Origin: Eledone cirrhosa
Taxonomy: Eukaryota
Reading direction: 5' to 3'
NCBI GenBank assembly: GCA_964016885.1
Contig: OZ024742.1
Span: 268,088,001-268,152,000 of the forward strand
DNA length: 64,000 nucleotides
Position numbers and translations under genes: made by a program. The notes beneath the pieces are model-generated. The model saw nothing but the letters and a program-made list of their open reading frames with translations. It was not told where the DNA came from and searched no databases. Below, piece after piece: positions 40,034 to 53,154 of the stretch. Numbering within the stretch: position 1 is the first letter of the stretch; each line of letters opens with the position of its first letter.

Positions 40034-42021
40034 ACACGTCTGTACGAAGCTAAGAAAAGTTGTGTGTGTATATGTAAGTAAAAGAGTGTGTGTATGCTTG
40101 TAACTACGAATCTATGAGCAAAAATATGTCAATATAAGGGTGTGTATGTGTGTGTACAGAGCTGTGAAGGGAAAAGTGGAGTGTGCATATATAGTCGGCC
40201 TGTATTAGTTGTAAGAGAAGACTTTAATGATCATAAGAGAGCCATAGGAATCAAGGGGTGAATGTACAAGCAGGTGTGACAATGAACAGGGTATTAAAGA
40301 AATTGGGGAGGGGAGTTGATTCCATGAAAGAAACATGACCCAAGGCGGTAAATCAGACTCTGTTCAGTCCTGGTGCGTAAGGCTTGTGATCCGTGATGTT
40401 AAAGGCCACCCAGGATTGAGACATGTAGGGAAGAGTGAGCAGGAGAATAGAAATGACGGGTGACAGGAGTATACCTCAAATGCTCAGCAAAACGGTCCAC
40501 CATACGGCGTCCCGTTTGTCTGATGTATAAGGACACGCATAGGCAACATGGCATAGGAAACATGGGTGGATGTGTAGGGGAAGGAGTGGCGGATACGGAA
40601 TGACCCGTTAGGTCCTGTGAGAGTGGTGAGGGTGGAAATGAAAGGACAAGGGTTGCAGCGCGGACTAGAACAAGGATGAGAGCCCGGTAGAGTCGCAGGA
40701 GAGGAGGAGAAGGGACTACATAGCAGGAGGTCGCGGAGGTTACGTGTGCGATTAAATGCGCTAATGGGTGAGTTAGGATTAATATTAGAACGATGAGAAT
40801 ACTGGTGGAAAAGGAACCGGTTCACAGTACGCCGGCAAGTATCGACAAAGGAGTCGAGGGGGCTGACTGGCCAGAGCTAGGCATCCAATGTGATTGCCGG
40901 CGACTGTGACGAGTGAAATCATCCCTCTGTGTCGATGATGGCGTGTCGTGAGAAAAAGCTTTGAGCTTTAGTCGACGGAAGAACCCTTCAATCTCGACAC
41001 ATGTGCGGAACTCGTCGTAGGTTGAAGTGGTTAGTATAAAACGCAAACCCCGGGCGAGGAGGGAGCGCTCAGCTTCGGAGAGTGGTAGATCCCTGGGTAT
41101 GGTGACTACAGAGCAGGGACGCGAGGGAGTGAAATGGGCGGAGGCGGAGTGGTTAAGGGGGTTGGGTAAAGCGTGTGCAGATAAAGTGGTGGGGAGAGGA
41201 AAGGTCGTTGTAGGGGACGGGATGGAGGTGAAATGAGTATGGGTGGTGACGGCAGCCGGGCAGCGGAGTGAGTAAAGTGTGTTCTTTTTAATGGAAGTGA
41301 GGAAATTGAAGAGGAGGCAATTGAGGTAAAGGATTAATTAGATAAGGGATTGGATGAGGAGGGGGTGGCAAGTAGAGGAGCGATGGAGTAGGCCTTGGGG
41401 AGATCTCAGTCGAGAGAACGGATTTGGGCGAGAGTTGGTCGGATAGTCGCCTGGATCAGCTGGCGAGAGGAGCGGTCAAAGATGGGCTCAGTGGTTGGAG
41501 CAGAGTAAGAGGTAGAGTGGAACCTGAGGCGGAAACCTCGGAGAATGAGGTGGTGGTGGAGACAGCGACTTAAAAAGTTAATGTGACTGTTGTATTTTGT
41601 TTTGGTAAAGATAAGGTTGGAGAGATGCCTGGAGGATTTGGATTCACATAGGGGAGGAGAGTTTGGAGGAAGCGTTTGAGAACGGAATGGAGCCGGTGGA
41701 GAAAAGATTTGAGATTGGGCATGTTGAAGGTACATGGTGGGATTGAAAAATGACGGGTGAGAAGAAGAAAGTTGTGTAAGAAGATTATAGTAGAGGAGAA
41801 GTGATGGAGAATCGTGATATATTCAAATATAAGAAGCAAAGACAATTTCAGTGATACTCAGGGTTGATATCTAGTTTCGGGATCAAATCCAACAATTTTG
41901 AGAGGTCCACGTAAGAGTTGATATATATATGTATGTAAACGGTAAACAGGAATAACAACACAATCGGTACAGCATATGGCAGGCATATATTAGGTTAAGG
42001 CTTGACATAACAGGAAGAGGG

Positions 42022-42057
42022 TCTTAACGTTTCGGACGCTAGTCATTCATCAAAAGA
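42022..42057 (-). ncRNA. Minimal hammerhead (family C), one core mutation
   Basis: TCTT-TTGATGA-ATGAC TAGC GTCC-GAAA-CG-TT-AAGA; AACGTT palindrome in place of helix III. Confidence 0.65.
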
Positions 42058-42163
42058 AACAATGAGGAATAATATAGATTGAAGGAACGGGCGGGGTGAA
42101 ATTGAAAAGAAATGTCTTTAGATAAAAATAACAGGTCCATATATATATATATATATATACACG

Positions 42164-42203
<40 letters not shown>

Positions 42204-42204
42204 T

Positions 42205-42238
<34 letters not shown>

Positions 42239-42348
42239 TTATTGGAAAATGTGTGAAATCCTTGGTAGAGTTAGGTATATTTGAAAAAAAGGAAAAGAAT
42301 GACTTCACTTGTAGTGTTAAAACAATTTGATTTAATTTTATAATATTA

Positions 42349-43327
42349 CTAGCAGTAAAGCCCGGCGTTGCTCGGGGTCGCTCAGTAGCTGTGTTAAAGT
42401 TACAATGTTAAGTTTCTTTCTTGGCTTAAAAACTGTAGTGTCTACTGTGCAGACTTGCATGTGGTGTTTTTGATTAATATTCCCTCAACCAACAATATGC
42501 CTTATGAAGTTAAGAAAACATAACGATAACCCGAATGTTATAACAAAAGAGGATGCTGGGGATAGAAACTGCACTGGTTATTTATTAACAAAGATCGAAA
42601 ATGTAAACACTGCAACGCAGAGAAAAACATTAGCGTAACCAAATTATCAGTTATGTCTGTCTGCACGCCTATATCACCTCTCTGCACGACTGTCTGTCTG
42701 CACGCCTATATCACCTCTCTGCACGACTGTCTGTCTGCACGCCTATATCACCTCTCTGCACGACTATCTGTCTGCACGCGTATATCACCTCTCTGCACGA
42801 CTGTCTGTCTGCACGACTGTCTGTCTGCACGACTGTCTGTCTGCACGACTGTCTGTCTGCACGCCTAACGACGAAATATTTGCTTGTTTTACGTAGTCTT
42901 TAAATAGACTTGTTTTCAAGTAAAAATATTGTTTTAAAATGCTTTTAAATGGAAATGAAGCAAAACGGAAGCTTAGTGTTCGAACTGATGAATTTTGCAG
43001 GTCAATATTTTGCTGGCTCGACAACTGTTCGTGTATTGTGTTAATGTCATTTTAAACGCTGAGAAAGCCAGCGTAATTTTTTACGTAAGACGCTCAATGT
43101 AAACAGAACAAAGGGAAATAACTGATAACTTACGCTCAAAAATCGATACATTATATTCGATTTCGTCACATAGGGTGGGTCAATTTGAAATATTTTTTTC
43201 CGATGTCTTCGCTAGGGCTCAATGTACAAGTATAGCAATTTCGGTGCAATTCCGTCAGAGATTCTAAGAGGAGATGTGTGCCAAAAATCGATAGACAGAC
43301 AGACAACCACAGTTTTATATATATAGA
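42349..43327 (-). mobile_element. Non-autonomous Helitron
   Basis: Minus strand starts TC (TCTATATATATAAAAC), has (CTGT)n near the 5' end, and ends in the hairpin CCCGAGCAACGCCGGG followed by CTAG; inserted between A and T. Confidence 0.85.
42654..42866. repeat. Minisatellite: four 37-bp units followed by 16-bp units
   Basis: CTGTCTGTCTGCACGCCTATATCACCTCTCTGCACGA, then CTGTCTGTCTGCACGA. Confidence 0.95.
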
Positions 43328-43557
43328 TAATATTATGAGTTGGTAGATCCAATAAGTTCTTTGTTAACATCGGTGGGAAGAATTTTAGATATACCTGGTT
43401 AACTTGGGTTGGAGAACTTTCTCGCATTCGTCTGTCTGTGACAATCGCCACAGACAGACGAATTAAATCAAACATTTTCTTATCCTAGTCATTCGTTTCT
43501 TTTTTTTCAAATTTATATACATATATATATTGCAAACTCGACTGTCACCACATATCA

Positions 43558-43596
43558 TGAACCTGAAGATTGCGAAAGCATGAAAGTACTTGTTCA
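43558..43596 (+). ncRNA. Minimal type I hammerhead ribozyme (family G)
   Basis: TGAAC-CTGAAGA-T TGC GAAA GCA T-GAAA-GTAC-TT-GTTCA; perfect stem I, GNRA-capped stem II, AAGTACTT palindrome. Confidence 0.85.
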
Positions 43597-43749
43597 ATTA
43601 ACACTTAGAATTTAATATTCTATCATACTATTTCATTATAATACCATTATATATATTTTAAAGGATTGTAAATAAAACGAGTAAATCAGACAAAGTTGGA
43701 ATTCCTCTTATTAATATAATCTTCTATACACAATCATACACACCCGTGT

Positions 43750-44574
<825 letters not shown>

Positions 44575-44575
<1 letters not shown>

Positions 44576-45262
44576 ACGAAGGAAGTGTGGTAAGGAACCA
44601 AATGGACCATAACGCACCACAGTGCTCAATACTTAGGGTATTTAAACCCGACAGCAGAGTTCAAGCCGTCTCGAAGGCTATTTCTGGACTCAATTAGAAT
44701 TTTTAGCGTGGTAATAAATAGAAATTACCTCCAACCTCGGGTTCGCCGATCGCACTGAACCTCTCGACCCACGGACCCCCTGCTTCACTCTGAAGGCCCA
44801 CAAACCCGACTTTGACTGCAAACCATCCATCAGGCTTATACACCCGACGAAGTCTGACATAGGGAGTATCAATAAAAAGATCATAGACCGCGTTATACCA
44901 AAAGTTAATCAAAACGTGAGACTTAGCCTTTGGGTCAGCACCCAGGAAGTCATCTCATGGTTCAGGAATATTAAAGACAAACAGGACACCAAATTCATCC
45001 AGTTCGTCATAGAGAGCTATTACGCCTCTATTACCTTATCGTTCCTTACGGCCACTTTGGACTTTGCCAAAACACTCACACCCATCACCGACCAAGAAAT
45101 AAACATCATTCTCCACTCCAGGAAGACAGTCCTCCTTTTTGACAACTCTAAGTGGATAAAGAGAGCTCCCGACTCCCTCATCGACGTCAGTATGTGCGCG
45201 ACCGACTCGGCCTAGGTGACCGATCTTATAAGATTATTGTACCGAGACGATGGGCTCCTTAC
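44575..45262 (+). mobile_element. Naiad-type RT fragment preceded by an inverted family B pseudo-LTR end
   Basis: FTLKAHKPDF..KPSIRLIHPTKSDIG, WVSTQEVISWF..KFIQFVIESYY, LYRDDGL at about 45238; 44575-44720 is the reverse complement of the 33740-33910 type sequence. Confidence 0.85.
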
Positions 45263-45264
45263 CC

Positions 45265-45840
45265 TCAAATATATGTATGTCTGTTGTGCGTGTGCCTGCC
45301 TGTGTGTGCGTGTATGTGTGTGTACTTGTGTAAGTGGGCGAGTGTGTGAATGTGCTTGCCGATACCTGTAGTATATATTAAGAGAAAAATCACAATAAGG
45401 GGAATCACCCCAACACTTGAATCTGTTGATGGAACCCTCTCTGCCTTTGTCACTCTTATTCCAGCCTTAAAGAATTAGCTTCTAAAGAATTTCCCTTTTC
45501 TTTAAACTATTGACCCCTACCCATCCTGTAGACACCTGTCTTACAGGCATTGTTAGTCTAAATGATAAACTAGGATTAGTATTCCAAATATGATTTTGTT
45601 CACAGTATTCTTCCTGCATTTGTTTATACTATAGCTTTAAATAATTAACTTTTAATGAACTCCCTTTTCTTTAAATCCTTCAACCAGTGACCTCCACCCA
45701 TCCCAATCCCCACGCTCTCCTACCACCAGAAAAGAACAGATATAAATACCACTACTTAATTGGGCAGCCAGCTCCCTGATGATTTCTCACAAATGAAACA
45801 GTTCTAGTCCTGTAGAAGCTCTTCTATATTAAATGTTCTA

Positions 45841-45845
<5 letters not shown>
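45265..45845 (+). mobile_element. Family A ORF-less hammerhead repeat (hammerhead 45770-45820)
   Basis: Homologous to 10330-10900; AGCTCC-CTGATGA-TTTCTCACAAAT-GAAA-CAGTTCTAGTCCTG-TA-GAAGCT. Confidence 0.75.
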
Positions 45846-45874
<29 letters not shown>

Positions 45875-45878
<4 letters not shown>

Positions 45879-45985
45879 CACGTTGCTTCTTCTACCTGGA
45901 GTTGCGACCGATAGATAATACTAGCAACTGGAAAGACCGATGGAAACATTGTTTCCTCGGTCCGATTTGACGAAAGTCGATCGAT
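45875..45985 (+). mobile_element. 5'-truncated copy of the SINE at 7757-7980
   Basis: Shared TTCTACCTGGAGTT.CGACCGATAGATA...TTGTTTCCTCGGTCCGATTTGACGAAAGTCGAT. Confidence 0.8.
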
Positions 45986-46069
45986 TAAAAAAAAAAAATA
46001 TATATATATAATATTACATTATATAGAGTAAAATGCCAGGGGGCCGGACAGATTATATATATTACTCAA

Positions 46070-47900
46070 TTATACCGCTATCACGTGTTCCAGCCGACAA
46101 GCTGAGGTCATTCTGGTCACTGCCGTTTATGCTGCACTTTCTACAGTCATCTCTCCTCGGTTGTTAATCGTAGCAAATGGGAGTTTGTTACTGTCGCCCG
46201 TATTTGCGCTTCGATTCTATCTGTGGGTTCATCCTGGACAGCAGAATGTCGATATACCGCTTGAAAACATGTAGTTCTTTAATATTTTGGGACAGCTTAT
46301 TAAAACCCTAGGCTCCCTCGAACCCCAGGATATTACAGTATGTGGTCCTTATTCTTAATGTGATGGATGGGACATTGGGCATTAGACCGTGGTGTAACGT
46401 CTGTGGGCTGGTCCTGCCTTCAAGGACCAGTTTGATGCGAATCCGTCTATCTCCCATCTTCGTTCCAAAGATTAATTCTTTAGTTTTTTAAGCCTCTTTC
46501 ATTGAAGCAATTCTCATGGTGTAGCTTCGTCGGATTGCTTCAAATCTGCATTTAGTTTGACACTGTGTGATGACCAGAGCTGAGAGCAAAACTCTTCTAG
46601 AGGATCAACAGGGTTTCCAAGTCTGTTTTCCTGGAAGTCCTCAGGATCAAATCTGCCAGTCGTCTGCACTATGCCTTCATTTTGGTGATGTGTGTATGAA
46701 CGATGCATCATTGCTCATGTCAATTCCCAGGTCTCGTATTGATTTTGACTTGGGGATTTCGATTCTTCCTGATCCAGTGTACCCTTGTTGAGGTGGTGTT
46801 ATGTTTGCGGAGGGTTTGAAACTTATCTGCATTAAATTGAATATAGTTCTACTCAGCCCATTTTGTATATGGCATCAACATCATGTCTCATATGGCAATT
46901 CACTTAGTTCTTCATCTGTGCCAAAGCTACGTAGTCTCTGACGTCATTCCATGAGCAAACATGTCGAAGGCATTCGTAAAGTCGAGATACATCACATCAT
47001 GTTGGAACGGCCTAGCAGATACTTGAGTATCCAGTAATAATGTGGCAAGATCTGCATAAGGCAAATTCTTCCCGAATGAAAGCCATGGTGATTGTCAGTG
47101 GGAAGACCATTTTCCTCTCGAAAAGTAATCAGTTTCAGTCTGATGATTCGTTCCTTGACTTTGATTTTTTGTGAGGTCAGGGAGACTGGTCTGAAGTTTT
47201 GAGCATCTGCTGTGCTTCCTCCTTTATGGGTAGGGCATATTATGGATACTTTTACTTGTCCGGGTCGTTTACTACTTGCAATAGATATTTGGAAGAGGAG
47301 CTGCAGTGGGTTTGCTAATGTTTGCTTGCATGTTTTTAGAAAACCAGCTGAATTTTGTCTCATTTTATCTATGGCTGATACTACATCTCTCTTATTTATA
47401 TCTGTTTGGTTGATGATTGCCATTTCTCCGTGTAATGCAGTGGTGTTAAAGTGCTCATCTGGCTTATCTATTTGCATTTGTCTCATTAGATGTGACAAAA
47501 CACTTTTTTTTATTGCTCCTTCAGTCTCTCACTTATCACTTGGAGGTATGCGGTCAGTGAGCTACTTTTATGGAAAAGTAGCGTATCTTGTAGTGTAACG
47601 AGGCGGTCTCTTGCAAATTTAACGAATGCCTTAGGGTTAATTTTCATATTTCTACAGCTCTGACTTCTCTATCTACCCTATTCTTTTTATGGGAGAGTTT
47701 GAGTTCATTTTCAGTTTGAAATAGTGCTGGCTTCAAATGGGATACCTTCTTGTTCCTTACTTGTATATGTTTGAGATCTCCGTTCTTCTTCCCATGATGA
47801 TCTTCCTGTCTTTGTGATTAATATTTTTTATGACTGCTGGCCGTTCGTTTCGGAGCAAACTTAGAACATATGGCTTGAATCAATTCCATGAATTACTCCT
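46070..47900 (-). mobile_element. CR1-clade LINE, 3' part, degraded
   Basis: ORF 46992-47498 LANPLQLLFQ..ICPTHKGGS..AQNFRPVSLTS..HHGFHSGR; YLDFT.AFD just downstream; RDLGI near 46720. Confidence 0.85.
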
Positions 47901-48659
47901 GTAGTTTTTCGCCTTAGCACTTATCCTCTGGCAACCTTCCGTCTGTTTATTTACGTTTTTCTTCATGTTGAGGTCCGCATGGTGGATCTTTAGTTTACTT
48001 TTGCTTTGTTTCAGTGTTTTATTTTATTTTTCTTCTTTTTCACTCTCAGCGGCTTTCAGATCATTTCAGGCTTCCACGCGTCCTCTGTTGCACACATTGT
48101 TTTTCTTCATATTTTATTTTCTCTGTGAAGATATGACGCTGCTGACCCATGTGTAGCTTAATAAGGCACAAATAAATTCGTTCTTTTTTCGCTCTATCTA
48201 CACCACCATTCGCAGAATGCCACTACGCTGCAGGGTTGTCCTTAATAAAGCCAAGCTCCATACACTGATCATTGCGTCTAATTCATTCAATTTCTAGTTG
48301 CTTTGGCTTTTGTTTTCATTTCCATGATCAATGTTTGTGTCACCGTGCATTTCGTTAGGGTTTTACAAAAAACAAATGGAAAAAGTATGTTCGTTCCTAA
48401 CTTAATATCTCGATGATTAATTAAATAAATAAATAAAATACTTACCTGAAATATTTCAATAATTAATAAAATAAATAAATAGTAAATAATGAAATAAAAT
48501 ACCAATTACGATAAACCAATAATTAATCAATTAAATAAATAAATACTAAATAATGAAATAAAATACCAATTACGATAAATCAATAATTAATCAATTAAAT
48601 AAATAAAACGAAATACTTACAATTACTTACAATTACTATTTCAATAAATAAAATTCATT

Positions 48660-50065
48660 ATCGAAAGATATTCAGAAAATAATAATTGTTTCTACTTATG
48701 GCACAAGGCCAGCAATTACGCAGTACATTACTGGTACGGGCATATAACAATGTGCTTGCCTTAACTTCAATTGGTTGCAAAGAGATTAAAGCACCAGGAT
48801 TTAGTCCCACATTTAAGATCCAAGGTAAGATTTGTCATATTATTGGATCACAACTTCCAAGTGATGTTTAACCCAAGTTTGCGCAGCTTTACTTCTATTA
48901 TACCGATTATGAGCTTCAGAATCGCTTGCATCATGCTAATTTATATGCTGCTGTCCTGCAGGACCGGCAAGAAGACTTGAACTACAGCAACACCTATATA
49001 AGAAGCTTCATGTCAGTCATTGAAATGCCAGTCTCTGAAAATGTGTATATTGTCCTACATGCTGACATATCATTGAGATATCAGTGCCACATCAATTGTG
49101 AGGTTGTCCACAGTGTCAAGGCTGTTAAGTACTTCTATAAGTACATCACGAAAGGATCAGACAAGATCACTTTCACTATTAAGGATGATCAAGGAAATTG
49201 TGTCCATGCCTCAAATGAGATTGAGACCTATAACAATGCACGGTAATCTCAGCCAGTGAAGCATTCTGGAAAATCTATAAATTTCCATTACATCATCGAA
49301 AACCGCCAGTTGAAAAGTTGCCTTGCCATTTACCTGGGGAACAAATGGTCGTCTATGAGCGAGGGCAGGAAGAAAGTGTTGTTCTAGGGGACAGCCAATG
49401 ACTAAGTTGACGGAATATTTTCAACTGAATATTAGAGATCCACTGGCACAAAACATATTGTATATTTATATTCCTAAATATATCACTTGGACAAACAAAA
49501 TGTGGCAAGGTTTTCTACAGAAGATCCAACAAAGACTTCAACATGATGGCTTGGTCATTCATGCCAACTATGTTTCTTCCTCGGCTGATCCAAATATTGT
49601 TGCCATACCAGCAATCAACAGGGTTCTTATGGCAGAAACTGATTTCAATACACACCAACTGCAAGGCAAACATTAATAAACTTCAGCCAACATTGAATCC
49701 TGAGTAACTGGTTATTTTTCACAAAGTAATCACCTCTGTAAATGAAAATGAAGGCAGAATTTTCTGCTTGAATGCAAGTGCAGGTACAGGAAAGATCTGT
49801 CATAAACATACTATTGGATTACCTCCGAACTAAAAAGAAATTGCATAGCCTACTGCCATATCTGAAATAGCAGCCACTTTGCTTCACAAAGGTAGAACTC
49901 TTCATTCCAAGTGCAAGTTCCTCTCAATGTGACTGCTGAATCAACTTGCTTCTTCACAAAGAGGGATGACACAGGTAAACTTATGCAGCAAGCTGACCTG
50001 CTAATCATTGATGAGATAGGCATGGGACATAAGCATATATTAGAATGCCTTGACAGGAGCTTCAC
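48660..50065 (+). mobile_element. Helitron Rep/Helicase pseudogene with large internal deletions
   Basis: RAYNNVLALTSIG..FKIQGKICH..FAQLYF; HINCEVVHSVKAVKYFYKYITKGSD (Rep); SASEAFWKI; ASAGTGK (Walker A, about 49774); LLIIDEIGM (Pif1-like). Confidence 0.9.
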
Positions 50066-50290
50066 AGATGTTCTTTCTGCCTTTGTTAATATTATAGCTT
50101 TAAAGAATTAGCTTTTAATGAATCCCCTTTCTTTAAATCCTTCAACTAATGACCTACACCCATCTCAATCCCCACCCACTTCTACCACCAGATGAGGAAA
50201 GATATAAATACTACCATTTACAGCTTCCTGATGATTTCTCTCGAATTAAACAGTTCTAGTACTGTAGAAGCTCTTCTATATTAAAACTAC
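50065..50290 (+). mobile_element. Family A repeat, short copy (hammerhead 50222-50272, GAAA mutated to TAAA)
   Basis: AGCTTC-CTGATGA-T TTC TCTC GAA T-TAAA-CAGT TCTAGT ACTG-TA-GAAGCT; truncates the Helitron. Confidence 0.75.
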
Positions 50291-50392
50291 ATATATATAT
50301 ATATAGTAGTAATAATAAATTTATTATTATCTTTAATAATAAAGATTTTTTGCTTAAACTTTAATCTGTTATTTTAATAAATATATATATAT

Positions 50393-50854
50393 ATATACGA
50401 TATTAAACAAATGGAAACTATATTTATAAAACCATATCTATTTCATTATACATATTTCAGGGATACCATATTAAAAATATGGCATGCCTTCTTCAGATAA
50501 AATACAATATATAAGCAGTTTTATAAATAAATTTGACGTGCCATAAATATTGAACAACTTCCATTTAAGAGGTTGGTTTGACTACCAAACCAACCTCTTA
50601 AATGGAAGTTGTTCAATATTTATGGTACGTCAAATTTATTTATAAAACTGCTTATATATTGTATTTTATCTGAAGAAGGCATGCCATATTTTTAATATGG
50701 TATCCCTGAAATATGTATAATGAAATAGATATGGTTTTATAAATATAGTTTCCATTTGTTTAATATCGTATATCTACTCCAAAACTTGTTGAGTGCTTTA
50801 TATCAGTTATAAAATATTTACTCGTTGTAACCCAACAATTTTAAATAAAACTTT

Positions 50855-50858
<4 letters not shown>
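50393..50858 (+). mobile_element. Family D pseudo-LTR fragment as a near-perfect fold-back, with a hammerhead in each arm
   Basis: Arms 50393-50580 and 50586-50773, 5-nt spacer, one mismatch seen; CTGAAGA at 50670, long stem II, GAAA at 50708. Confidence 0.85.
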
Positions 50859-50909
<51 letters not shown>

Positions 50910-51280
50910 CAACACAATCGATACAGTATATGGAAGGTATATATTAGGTTAATGCTTGATATAGCAGGAAGAGAGTCTTAACGTTCCGGACGCTAGTCCT
51001 TCATCAGCAGAAGGACTGAGAAATAAAATAGATGAAGGAGACGGGATGGAATTGGAAAAAATGTCTTTAGATGAAATGTCTTTATATAAATAGATCCATT
51101 CATGTTGACATCTCTTGGAAAACTGTTGGTGCTGGCGCTTTGTGTAAGATTTCTTTTTTAGAAAAGTGGATGATGGCGCGCGTCTACTTGAAATGGAGAA
51201 AAAACGTTTTGTAAAAAGAGCTATACTTGAGCACGTGCGTGAGCATGAGTTTGTGTGTGTGTGTGTGTGTGTATGTGTGT

Positions 51281-51354
<74 letters not shown>

Positions 51355-53154
51355 ATAGGTATGTACGAAGCTAAGAAGAAATGTGTGTGTATATGTGAGT
51401 AAAAGAGTTTGTGCGCATGTAAGTACGAACCTATGAGCAAAGAGAAAGCGATAGGAATCTAGGGGTGTGATAATGGACGGGGCATTAGAGAAATTGGGGA
51501 GGTGAGTTGAGTCCAAAAGGGGAATAGGACCCAAGACGGTGAATCAGACTTTGTTCAGTCCTGGTGTGCGAGGTCTGACACCCACGACTGAAACATGTAG
51601 GGAACAATGACCAGGAGAACAGAAATGAAGGGCGACAGGTGTATCCAAACCGAGTCGTATGACCCTCAAATTTTCGGCAAAACGGTCCGCCATACGACGT
51701 CCCGTTTGTCCGATATATAAAGACCCGCAAAGGGAACACCGGAGGGCATAGACAACGTGGGTGGATGTGCAGGTGAAGGAATGGCAGATACGGAAAGACC
51801 CCTTATGGCCTGTAAGAGTGGTGAGGTTGGAAATAAAGGGACAAGTGTTGCAGCGGGAACGCGAACAATGGTGAGAGCGGGGTGGAGTTGTGGGAGAGGG
51901 CGAAAAAGAACTGTGAACCAGGAGGTCGCGGAGGTTTCGGGCACGCTTAAAAGCAGTAATGGGTGGGTTTGGAAAAAAGCGAGATGTGACGGGGTCAGAA
52001 GAGAGGATATGGAAGGAACGGAGGATATGTTGCCGGAGTGATAGGGTGATGGGATGGTAGGTGAGAGGGAAAGGAATGGGTGGGGGTGAGGTGAGAGGGC
52101 TGTGGTGCGATCTGATTCACGGGCGCGGGTGAGAGCAGCTTGGATCAAGGTGGGGGATATCCACGCTGGATGAAGGAGGAAGCCATTCAAAGGGAATGGG
52201 TTACGAAATCGTCGTCCTTGCTACAGAGTCGACGAAGACGGAGGAATTGGGAATAGACTATGGAGTGTTTGGTGTGGGTTGGGAGGAGTGTTTGGTGTGA
52301 TGGGAGGAGGTGAAGTCGAGATAATATTGGCAGTCTGTTGGTTTAATGTAGATGGAAGTAGAGAGGGTGAGGTGATAGAGATTAATAGATAGAGAGATAT
52401 CTAGAAAAGTGACAGAAGAATCGGAGACGGGGGCGGTGAAATTGAGAGCAGGATGGACAGATTGGACAAAAGAAAGAAAACAGTCGAGTTGTTCTCGTGA
52501 TAGAGAGGTGGCGCCGATAGAGTCGTCGATATAACGATCGTATAGCTCAGGAGTCGGTCCAGCGTACACGGAGAAGCTCTGGGCTTCGAGGTAACCTACA
52601 AACAATTTGGCATAGTTTGGATCCATTCTGGTTCCCATCGCTACCCCAGAGACCTGCTGATAAAATTCACCCGAAAATGAAAATCCATTGAGGATAAGAA
52701 CAAGCTCAGCCAGACGGAGAAGCGTGAGGTGCTGGGGTAAGGGTAGGAGGTACATCTAAAAAATGTTGGAGAGCGCGGAGGCCGTGATCATGAGGGATGA
52801 CGGTTTAGAGAGAGGTGATGTCCAGAGTAAAGAAAAGGTGGGAGGGACCAGCAGTGAAGGAGAAAGAGTTGAAGAGTCTAAGGGCATGATTTGTATCGTG
52901 GGTGTGGGAGGGGAGATTGCCGGCCAACGGGTCGAGGATGGTGTCTAAATATTCAGAAATTATCTCGGTGGGGCAGCTGCACGCAGAAACGATAGGACGA
53001 CCAGGATCATTTTGGTTTTGTATTTTGGGGAGGAAGAGATGGTGGGTGTGCCAGGGGTGCGTACAATAAGGTTGATATATATATATAATAGTTTGGACCC
53101 ATTCTGGTTCCCATCGTTACCCCAGAGGCCTGCTGGTAAAATTCACCCGAAAAG

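Larger units (their letters stand above)
39646..42140 (-). mobile_element. Neptune-type Penelope-like element with two direct pseudo-LTRs and the RT deleted (family C)
   Basis: N-terminal SHINFLSRCL and FFRRLKLKAF, joined at about 40830 to AFNRTRNLRDLL..CSSPRCNPCP..GIY-YIG; pseudo-LTRs at about 41960-42140 and 39646-39830, each with a hammerhead. Confidence 0.85.

Noticed and set aside
42654-42866. CRISPR-like array (37-bp period)
   Set aside because: Head-to-tail units with no unique spacers, eukaryotic context, no cas genes.
48480-48610. Roughly 60-bp AT-rich tandem duplication
   Set aside because: Simple local slippage in low-complexity DNA; no further structure.
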